This document shows, in pieces, positions 1 to 7,989 of a stretch of DNA of 63,029 bases. The DNA comes from Candidatus Thorarchaeota archaeon (GTDB lineage Archaea; Asgardarchaeota; Thorarchaeia; Thorarchaeales; Thorarchaeaceae), in the NCBI GenBank assembly GCA_048882485.1, contig JBHLRP010000017.1, positions 1 through 63,029 of the forward strand, given 5' to 3'. Positions within the stretch are counted from its first letter, which is position 1. Each line of letters starts with the position of its first letter. A program made the position numbers and the translations under genes. The notes under the pieces were generated by a model. It did no database searches and was not told the DNA's origin. It saw only the letters and a program-made list of their open reading frames with translations.

Positions 1-2
1 CT

Positions 3-302
3 CTACTCACCTTCCATGTGGATGCTGTCAGTCGGGCATTCATTGGCACAGATGCCGCATCCCTTGCAGTAGTCATAATTGTACTCGTAGGAGCGAGTGC
101 CATCTTCATTCTCAATCAGTCGGACTGCCATATCAGGGCAGAATATCCAACAGCGACCACAAGTTCCATTCTTCATCCAGAGACAGTTCGTAGAATCATG
201 TATGGGACGCTCAGCTCTCCATCCACCTGTCAGATATTTCTTTGAGTTCCCTGGCTCAATGATGTTTCCAGCCATTGGTATCTCGTTGAACTTCTCGCTC
301 AT
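3..302 (-). CDS. porD: 2-oxoacid (pyruvate/ketoisovalerate):ferredoxin oxidoreductase delta subunit
   Basis: TGGWRAERP motif; two 4Fe-4S motifs (C..CGRCWIFCP, CKGCGICANECP); overlaps the gamma subunit gene by 4 nt. Confidence 0.9.
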   Translation of the reverse strand: MSEKFNEIPMAGNIIEPGNSKKYLTGGWRAERPIHDSTNCLWMKNGTCGRCWIFCPDMAVRLIENEDGTRSYEYNYDYCKGCGICANECPTDSIHMEGE

Positions 303-874
303 TCTATCTTTGCCTCCTCTATTGCTCTCTCCATCGCAGCCTTGTTCAGATCCCCTATCTTCCCTGGGTATCTCTCTAGAACCTCGCCGATGACCGTTTC
401 AATCTTGACGACTCCTGAGGCCTTCACAGCCGCAGCCATCGTCGGCATGTTGTAGAATGGTCTGCCGAGAATCTCCATTGCAATGGATGTCGCATCAACC
501 GTGGCCACCTTGCCGCCCTTGAAGCCATACTTGTCACGTACCTCATCAGGGCTCAAAGTTGTGTTAAGAACAAGAGTTCCATCCTCCTTCAGTCCCTCTG
601 ATGGGTTCACGACATCTAGCAATGTCGGGTCAATGCACACAACTATGTCTGGAGCATAGACCTGCGCGTAGACCTGGATGGGCTTCTTGCTGATTCTCAG
701 AAACGCCCGCACTGGGGCTCCGGTCCGCTCTGGCCCAAACTCGGGGAACGCCTGTATATAGTTGCCTTCCGCGAGAGCTGCCTTTCCAAGCATCTGATTC
801 GAGGTGACTACACCCTGTCCACCTCTGCCGTGCCAGCGGAACTCGGTGATTCCTTTTGCGAAGTCAAGCGCCAT
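299..874 (-). CDS. porG: 2-oxoacid:ferredoxin oxidoreductase gamma subunit
   Basis: EFRWHGRGGQGVVT and AFPEFGPERTGAPV motifs. Confidence 0.93.
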   Translation of the reverse strand: MALDFAKGITEFRWHGRGGQGVVTSNQMLGKAALAEGNYIQAFPEFGPERTGAPVRAFLRISKKPIQVYAQVYAPDIVVCIDPTLLDVVNPSEGLKEDGTLVLNTTLSPDEVRDKYGFKGGKVATVDATSIAMEILGRPFYNMPTMAAAVKASGVVKIETVIGEVLERYPGKIGDLNKAAMERAIEEAKIE

Positions 875-1027
875 TGTTCATCTTCACCTACGTGGGGAAG
901 GTACGAGGGAGCCTCACTTCGCCCTGCTTAAGTATTTGATGGCCTGACCTCTGTATCTGCCCTCCACTGATTGCGTGACCCTTTGCTGATGGGTCAAGAT
1001 GGTGCAATATGCAGACTTGATTCAGGA

Positions 1028-1759
1028 TTAACCTGTTTGGAGTGCCCTTCTCTGGAAGAAATTGCCTAGGAGTATGATCCACCACCCGATTGCGTGTGTG
1101 CTCACTATCGCTAGACCAATGCCACTGAAGAACGAGTCCCAACCTGGCATACTCAGCAGCTGGCTAGTGCCTAGTAGGAACTCGCCTAAGAACCAGATCA
1201 AGACGCCGATCAAAGTTAGCCATATCCACATTACTCGAGCAGTACCTTTGATTCTGTCTTGGCCAACATATCGAAAAGTGGTGTAGAGTGGAATCAAGGC
1301 CATGTATATTGTCACAAAGATGGCATCTGTGACTAACCACGCATCTCGATATGGACTTGATACAATCGAAAAGGTGCCAATCATGAGCACCTCGTAGACA
1401 ATTGGCAGGATTAGGAGTACGATGACTAGCCATTTGCGGTCATTGATTAAGTCTGGCAATGCCCAGATGAAGCAGTAAACCGCTAATAGGAAAAGCCAGA
1501 TGCCCCTTACCCCGAAGTCGATATATCGAGCAAGAGACCACTCCATTAAGGGCATATTCATTCGTTCCATTGTTACTACAAGCCATCCTATTGCCACGAA
1601 AAGGTATCCTAGAAAGGCTAGAAGTGAGAGGGTCCTAGTTCTACCTGAACCCCCAATGAAACCCCATAGCATGAGGAGAACCAGAAGGAAGATTGGAATC
1701 ATCCCTAGGATTCCCATGCTGTTTACTAGTAGCTCAAATTGCACATTAGCAACCTCCAC
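1028..1759 (-). CDS. Hypothetical integral membrane protein, about 7 TM helices
   Basis: 243 aa with seven hydrophobic segments and short loops. Confidence 0.75.
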   Translation of the reverse strand: MEVANVQFELLVNSMGILGMIPIFLLVLLMLWGFIGGSGRTRTLSLLAFLGYLFVAIGWLVVTMERMNMPLMEWSLARYIDFGVRGIWLFLLAVYCFIWALPDLINDRKWLVIVLLILPIVYEVLMIGTFSIVSSPYRDAWLVTDAIFVTIYMALIPLYTTFRYVGQDRIKGTARVMWIWLTLIGVLIWFLGEFLLGTSQLLSMPGWDSFFSGIGLAIVSTHAIGWWIILLGNFFQRRALQTG

Positions 1760-2084
1760 ACTTAACCTTGCGGCATCGTTGAACTACTATTTAAGTAGTT
1801 TCAAAATTATACCTAGCTCTTCTCATCAGCTCGCATAAACTAGTCCCAGATGCCTTCACTATATTCTCTTGTCTTTTCATACTCCCTTCTTGCAATGTAA
1901 TAACAGATTGCTGCTACAACGGCCATTGGAATGATGAAACCAAGAAATATAGCGGGATGCAATGGAGGGGCTGGATAAGTCATTGGATTTCTGTATTCCT
2001 AGATTTGTACTTCAGTCTACTTATTCAATTAAGCCAATATTTTCTATCAGTTTGCGGGCAAGATTCCTTCAACTGGATGCCTAT

Positions 2085-3293
2085 TCATCTCCTCTTCCGC
2101 ATAAGGATAACCATCGGCATAACAGCAAAAACTGCTATGATCGATGCGTATCCTACTAGGTCAGTACCGATGCCACCTAAGACGTAAAGAATAACGTAAA
2201 CAATTGCGGAGTCGTTGATTGAATTGCCACTGCCATCAATGAACCTGATTGTGATATTATGTGCGCCTTCATCAAGCCCTCCCACATCTACTCTGATACT
2301 CTGAAGATGCCATATGCCTGATTGAAGGATTCTACCCTCCTTAGCAACTTCGTATCTAAATGGATACGCGTCGTGAGCTGTCCAATTGATGAGATGACGG
2401 CTATTGTCGCCAACTTCATAGACCAAGTCCTCCGGTCTGTTCATGAAAAAGGGTGCATGGGAGTCATTGAAGTAGGCGGGATAGCGATCGAACGCTTCCC
2501 CAGTACCTTCAATTGCATGAATGCCGCTGCCCTCATACCCCGCCCAGTAGTTGCCCCGGCTAATGTTGTCATCCCAGATGTTGTTTTCACCATTATCCAT
2601 TGCATTGAATGCTTGGTCTGGCTGCCCATCTGGACCGTTCCAGCCTACTCGATTATAGAAGATGCGGTTGCCTGCTGTCCAATAATCCATCACTATGCCC
2701 AAATTCTCGGCACGATAGATTTTGTTACTTGCCACAGTGCTATTTATTGAGTTATTGAAGGTAATTCCCGTGTCCGTTCCATAGATGCTGTTCGATCGAA
2801 TGAAGCATAATTCTGAATTGGATATCGATATGCCCATGTTTGTGGAATAGATTGTGGAGTTAGCCACTTCAATACTACTTGAAGATGAAATCGATATGCC
2901 ATAACCTCCTCCCGTGATGGTGCAGTTGTCAATCTTGCCATTTCTTGAAATGATGACTTTAATATTAACTGAAAAATCATCACTGGTGGAGAGATAGGAG
3001 TTGCGAATCACAAAATGCGCAGTCACATTGTAAATCAGGATACATGTTTCTGAACTGAGAGAGATATTCAGGTTCTCAATGATATAGGGGTCTGAAGATG
3101 AACCGCTTCCCTCCCAGCCCTGCTGAGGAAAATCCATGTTATTTTGGATGATTATTTGGGAATGTCCAATAATGGATGGTGTGATAGAAGGTTTTGAGAT
3201 GCTTATATTGGATTCACCTGCATTGACTCCCGCGAGTGGAGGGACAGCTATGAGCATCAACATGCACAACGCTATACTCGGCCTAGGGCTCAA
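2085..3293 (-). CDS. Cell-surface parallel beta-helix (NosD/CASH-like) protein with Ig-like domain and C-terminal membrane anchor
   Basis: Signal peptide, GSGSSSDPYIIENLNI, GISISxSxxxxIxxNxI repeats, GNYW motif, C-terminal TM followed by RKRR. Confidence 0.85.
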   Translation of the reverse strand: MSPRPSIALCMLMLIAVPPLAGVNAGESNISISKPSITPSIIGHSQIIIQNNMDFPQQGWEGSGSSSDPYIIENLNISLSSETCILIYNVTAHFVIRNSYLSTSDDFSVNIKVIISRNGKIDNCTITGGGYGISISSSSSIEVANSTIYSTNMGISISNSELCFIRSNSIYGTDTGITFNNSINSTVASNKIYRAENLGIVMDYWTAGNRIFYNRVGWNGPDGQPDQAFNAMDNGENNIWDDNISRGNYWAGYEGSGIHAIEGTGEAFDRYPAYFNDSHAPFFMNRPEDLVYEVGDNSRHLINWTAHDAYPFRYEVAKEGRILQSGIWHLQSIRVDVGGLDEGAHNITIRFIDGSGNSINDSAIVYVILYVLGGIGTDLVGYASIIAVFAVMPMVILMRKRR

Positions 3294-3373
3294 CAGGTCA
3301 TCCGGTCTCCTATGGTAGTCAGAGCGTTGCTTCCAGCTTACTTATGCTTTAAGAACCAAGCATGAATTAGGTT

Positions 3374-4582
3374 TCATGTTCGTCTCTTCAATAGACACAG
3401 AGTAACTAAGAAGAGAACTACACTCAATGCCGATGCGTAGGCAACTAACTCGGTAGCAATATCCTTGAACGGTTCATAGAGGACTGATACTTCCACAATA
3501 TCATCTGTAGTGTTACCCGATCCGTCCTCGACAGATAACATTAGAATGTAATCTCCGACCTCTAAATCACGCAGATCGACCGTGTATTCATTTTCAAGCC
3601 ATACACCTCTACTTATAGTCAAGGCGCCCCTACGGATTGTGTATTCCAGCGGATATGCATCTCTTGGATGCCAAGTGACATTTTTGTTGTCGGCTTCTCC
3701 CATCTTAACATCTTCCGGCGAATTGGTTACGGGCGCTTCTCGATCAAGCAGTAGTGTTGGAAACGAGTCTTGGGAGTTGGACTCTCCACCAACATTGTAG
3801 GGACCAGGGGATGCATAATCGGACCATGCGTTGGCTTGCCACATATTGTTATTGCCATAGTCTTCAGCATTGATAGAGGTAAACGTGCGAATATCATTCC
3901 AACCAACGATGTTTGACAAGAATGCGTTAAGGGAAGAGGCATAATCTACCATGAATCCAGCATGAGTGTTCCCATAAATTCTGTTAGTAGAGAAAACACA
4001 TTGTGATGTATTGCTCAAGACAACTCCTACCGCATTTCGATATACAGAATTGTCTTCAGCCGTGATATTGAATGAATTAATGAATCTCAGCCCATTACCA
4101 CCATCGCATATGGTATTGTTAAGAATCCGCAGATTTTTTGTCCACGTCCCACGAATTCCGTCGAAACCCCCCAGTATGATGTTTTCTTCAATAGTGACAT
4201 TCTCTATATTTGTGAGCCGAATTGTCGGGAACGATGTTCGTTGACTTTGAATTCTGCAGTTTCTAATAGCAAAGCTGACATTGACATCTGAAATCCAAAT
4301 ACATGTCTCATCCAAGGTTGAGATGTTGAGCCTCTCAATGACGTAGGGATTCAACTCTGTCCCATTACCAGGGAATCCATAGCTCGCTAAGTCATCGGCA
4401 TTCTGGATAATTATCGGTTCCCAATCCTCATACTGCGCAAGCTTGAGGTTAGTCACTGCCTCAGAGACCAGCTTTTTTTCTCCGAGGTGAAATGACTGAA
4501 ACGACGAAGCCAGAACTGGGGTGAGCAAAAGCAACACAAGTGTAAGAAGGAGCCCTTGCTTCTTCCTTCCAACACCTAACAC
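3374..4582 (-). CDS. Cell-surface parallel beta-helix (NosD/CASH-like) protein, tandem paralog of 2085-3293
   Basis: GNGTELNPYVIERLNI, beta-helix repeats, NAWSDY, DAYPLEY, C-terminal TM followed by KRR; same length and architecture as its neighbour. Confidence 0.85.
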   Translation of the reverse strand: MLGVGRKKQGLLLTLVLLLLTPVLASSFQSFHLGEKKLVSEAVTNLKLAQYEDWEPIIIQNADDLASYGFPGNGTELNPYVIERLNISTLDETCIWISDVNVSFAIRNCRIQSQRTSFPTIRLTNIENVTIEENIILGGFDGIRGTWTKNLRILNNTICDGGNGLRFINSFNITAEDNSVYRNAVGVVLSNTSQCVFSTNRIYGNTHAGFMVDYASSLNAFLSNIVGWNDIRTFTSINAEDYGNNNMWQANAWSDYASPGPYNVGGESNSQDSFPTLLLDREAPVTNSPEDVKMGEADNKNVTWHPRDAYPLEYTIRRGALTISRGVWLENEYTVDLRDLEVGDYILMLSVEDGSGNTTDDIVEVSVLYEPFKDIATELVAYASALSVVLFLVTLCLLKRRT

Positions 4583-4653
4583 GAAACCACCACTTTTCAG
4601 TAGTTCTCCAATGCAAAAAACCGTTTCCGTGTACCTTGTTTGCTCTCATCCGT

Positions 4654-5028
4654 TCATATTGGCGGCATTATGATGATCTGGACACTCGTTAGGGGTCTAT
4701 CTGTTTCAGGGTCTGAGGCTTCAAAGGTATCGAAGGTCATCTCATAAACGAATCTATTCTCTCTCTTCTTCAGTTCATGAGCAACCCTGACAGAGAGTCC
4801 AACTCCCTTGAACCCATATCCCCTGATTGCCACCATTCTCTTGTCACCCTTTACCAAGTCTCGAATGGTATTGGATATCTTTGGAATGTCCACTCTTCCA
4901 GCGTTGGGTGAAATCTCTAGAAGGATATATTCCGTTGTTGGAAAGACCTCCACATCGTCCTTGACGGTTATGGCAACCCTCTCATCTCTTAGTCTGAGTT
5001 GTTCAGGAATCCGATCCCGGAGTGACAT
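4654..5028 (-). CDS. Divergent Alba/SpoVS-fold nucleic-acid-binding protein
   Basis: VAIRGYGFKGVGLSVRVAHELK and TFDTFEASDPETDRPLTSVQIII align by eye with the Alba/SpoVS core; start placed at MSLRDRIP. Confidence 0.6.
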   Translation of the reverse strand: MSLRDRIPEQLRLRDERVAITVKDDVEVFPTTEYILLEISPNAGRVDIPKISNTIRDLVKGDKRMVAIRGYGFKGVGLSVRVAHELKKRENRFVYEMTFDTFEASDPETDRPLTSVQIIIMPPI

Positions 5029-5148
5029 ATGTGATTTATCTCCAGACTCTTTAATCAACATTCTGAGGATAGAGGGTATAACTCAACGCTCATATGTAAA
5101 CTATAGACAATTTAGCACATGCCCTCTTAAAAGAGGAGACAATTCAAG

Positions 5149-6141
5149 ATGGACAGAAACAAAGCTATAGCAGCAACAGTAGCTATCATTGTGGTTTCGT
5201 CGGCGGCATTGATTGTTTTATGGTATCCAGCAACATTGCCAGATGTGAGAATTGGGTACCTTGAGAAGGATCTTCATCAATTGGCATTTCGTGTGGCACT
5301 TGTAAATGGATGGTATGAAGAAGCCGGCCTCAATGTCGAGCTGAAAGCGTACCAGAATGGGGCTTTAGAAATGGATGCGTTTCTCGGGAACGAGATTGAC
5401 ATGGGCTATTTAGGAGCAGCTCCAGCTTTGACAAAGAGGATAAACCAAGAGATTATGATAACCATTCTAGCATCGGCCAACCTTGAGGGTTCAGCTATAA
5501 TGGGTCGAAAAGCTGACTATGACTCTGGTGCAATTACCCATGTGGCCAATCTCACTGGCAAGTCAGTTTACATACCAGGCCCTTCAACTGTTCAAGCATT
5601 TCTCCTCCGCCTAGCACTGAGCCAAGCGGGACTAAGTTCCTCTGATATTACGACATTATCAACTTCGCCTGCGCTGATGGCAGATTCTCTGTCAGAGAAT
5701 GAGCCTGCGTTTGTAGCTTGGGAACCTTTCAATGCTAGGGCAGAATATGATAATCTTGCAGTTCCCCTTATTCTCTCCGGGGATATCTGGCCGCGACATC
5801 CATGCTGTGTATTGGCATCATCCAACACATTTCTGAGTGCTAAACCAGACATTGTGCAGACTATTGTTGATATCCATGTTCGGGCTGAGGAGTGGATTGT
5901 GGACAATCCAACAGAGGCAATCTCAATCGCAGCTACATGGCTAGAGATGGAGGATGCAGTATCTGCAGTAGAAACTGCATTCAATCGAATCATCTATGAC
6001 TACAATGTGAACCGGACAGGAATCCAGATTTATCTTGATTATCTGATAGACCAGGAACAGCTGCTTCCGGATAAAATACCAACCGACATAAGTGATTTCT
6101 TGGATGCTTTCATTGACACTTCGTTCCTATCTAGCACATAA
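5149..6141 (+). CDS. ABC transporter substrate-binding protein, NitT/TauT/SsuA family
   Basis: N-terminal TM; VRIGYL, IDMGYLGAAPAL, FVAWEPF and HPCCVL motifs. Confidence 0.9.
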   Translation: MDRNKAIAATVAIIVVSSAALIVLWYPATLPDVRIGYLEKDLHQLAFRVALVNGWYEEAGLNVELKAYQNGALEMDAFLGNEIDMGYLGAAPALTKRINQEIMITILASANLEGSAIMGRKADYDSGAITHVANLTGKSVYIPGPSTVQAFLLRLALSQAGLSSSDITTLSTSPALMADSLSENEPAFVAWEPFNARAEYDNLAVPLILSGDIWPRHPCCVLASSNTFLSAKPDIVQTIVDIHVRAEEWIVDNPTEAISIAATWLEMEDAVSAVETAFNRIIYDYNVNRTGIQIYLDYLIDQEQLLPDKIPTDISDFLDAFIDTSFLSST

Positions 6142-6195
6142 CATTGGAAAGCGGTAGAATCAAAAGATAGTCAGGCGGCTGACTCTCCTAGGACA

Positions 6196-7023
6196 ATGAC
6201 ATCAGCCGCTCAGACTTCAAACTTGCCAGACCAGGAAGGGCGTTCTCAATCAATCTACACACGGTTTACTGAATCATCCATCATCAGATGGCTGCTGGCT
6301 GGAATCATCCTGATTATACTCTGGGTATTCATTGCGTTCATCTCTAGAAGCACCATCATGGAAGTAGTCGACGCTTTCTTTAGGTTGGCAACTGAGGGCG
6401 ATAGTCAGGGATTTCTTCTTATAGACCATATTGCTCAGAGTGTCTTTATCGTCACGGTAGGATTCTGTGTAGCTGCAATCACAGCAATACCCCTTGGAAT
6501 TGCAACTGGCAGGTATAAGGTCGTGGATTCCATACTTGGACCCGTCGTTGAAGCGATGAGACCAATTCCACCAATTGCGTGGATTCCACTGTCACTCCTT
6601 ATCTTTGCTAGTCTTTTGTATTCACAGATCTTCATAATCTGGGTCGGCGCTTTCTTCCCAATTCTCATCAATACTACTACAGGAGTTAAACGTACAGAGC
6701 CTGTTCATGTTGATGTTGCTAAGACTTTCGGGGCATCAGAATCAAAGATACTTAGTTCGGTTGTTATTCCATCGGCTGCACCTGAGGTCTTTGCAGGGAT
6801 GCGAATCGGTTTTGGAATTGGATGGATGTGCTTAGTAGCTGCGGAGATGATTGGCAGCAACAAGGGTTTGGGATATCTGATCTGGACAATGCAGCAGGTT
6901 GGTTGGACGGGAGCAGTAATCTCAAGCATGCTAGTAATAGGTCTCATCGGATTTGCAGTTAGCTTCCTGTTGCTAATGATTGAACGAAGACTCCTCAAGT
7001 GGCGGCAGGAGGTTTCTGTGTAG
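6196..7023 (+). CDS. ABC transporter permease, NitT/TauT/SsuC family
   Basis: RPIPPIAWIP, EAA-like loop DVAKTFGAS, WMCLVAAEMIG. Confidence 0.92.
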   Translation: MTSAAQTSNLPDQEGRSQSIYTRFTESSIIRWLLAGIILIILWVFIAFISRSTIMEVVDAFFRLATEGDSQGFLLIDHIAQSVFIVTVGFCVAAITAIPLGIATGRYKVVDSILGPVVEAMRPIPPIAWIPLSLLIFASLLYSQIFIIWVGAFFPILINTTTGVKRTEPVHVDVAKTFGASESKILSSVVIPSAAPEVFAGMRIGFGIGWMCLVAAEMIGSNKGLGYLIWTMQQVGWTGAVISSMLVIGLIGFAVSFLLLMIERRLLKWRQEVSV

Positions 7024-7795
7024 CCCTTCGAGTCATCGCCTTTTCCTGTTCAACCTCAAGCACTTCTAATATCCTAGCTCGATAATCAAGACTCTCATGA
7101 GATGTCCTATTGCGTGGCCTAGGAAGATCAACCTCATAGGCAGCAATTATTCGAGATGGAATATTGCTCATTACAAGAATTCGGTCAGACATGAAGACTG
7201 CTTCATCCACGTTATGCGACACGAAAAGAACAGTCGAACCAGTTTCTTCAGTAATCCTTAGAAATTCTGATTGTATGTAATTTCTGGTCTGAAGATCTAG
7301 ATTTGAGAGAGCCTCGTCAGCTACTAGGATGTCCGGCTTGATTATCAGACTCCTTGCCATCTCAGCCCGTCGTGCTTGCCCTCCAGAAACTTCATGTGGA
7401 AAGCTATCTTCCAGCCCTTCCATTCCTACTATTCTGATTATCTCATCAGCGAGTTTACGCCTGCTGGGTATATCGGAACCAGCAATTTCTAATCCAAATT
7501 CGATATTCTCGCGTATTGTCCTCCAAGGAAAAAGCGACTCCTGCTGGAATATGAAACCCACACGATTGTGACCTGGACCCACTGGAACTCCATCTATCGA
7601 AATATCTCCCTCGTCTGGTTCGAGGAGCCCTGCGATAATCTTAAGGAGTGTTGTTTTGCCGCAACCTGAAGGGCCCAGGATACTCAGAAATTCACCGTCT
7701 TTCACTTCAAACGAAATTCCATCGAGAACTCTAGTCTCTCCGCCTTCGCCATTTGGATAAGCCTTCACAATGTTCCGAACTGAGAGTGTAGGCAA
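6995..7795 (-). CDS. ABC transporter ATP-binding protein, NitT/TauT/SsuB family
   Basis: Walker A GPSGCGKT, signature VSGGQ, Walker B ILVADE, H-loop SHNVDEA. Confidence 0.92.
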   Translation of the reverse strand: MPTLSVRNIVKAYPNGEGGETRVLDGISFEVKDGEFLSILGPSGCGKTTLLKIIAGLLEPDEGDISIDGVPVGPGHNRVGFIFQQESLFPWRTIRENIEFGLEIAGSDIPSRRKLADEIIRIVGMEGLEDSFPHEVSGGQARRAEMARSLIIKPDILVADEALSNLDLQTRNYIQSEFLRITEETGSTVLFVSHNVDEAVFMSDRILVMSNIPSRIIAAYEVDLPRPRNRTSHESLDYRARILEVLEVEQEKAMTRRATQKPPAAT

Positions 7796-7989
7796 GGTGT
7801 CACCAATCTACATCACGACGACTTCGTGTTAAATAATATGCTATTTTGTGCATTCTGCTTATGATAGTTGAGACTGACCCAACAAAGTACAAAAAGGCCG
7901 TTCGCCCTCATGGAACTATTAGAACAACCCACTAGACACTTAGTTGCAGGTCTGAATGGCGTTGTTTTCGCACCGGATGGTATCTCAAA

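Noticed and set aside
1028-1759. Possible rhodopsin (7 TM)
   Set aside because: No Lys in helix 7 (no DxxxK or SxxxK motif) for a retinal Schiff base.
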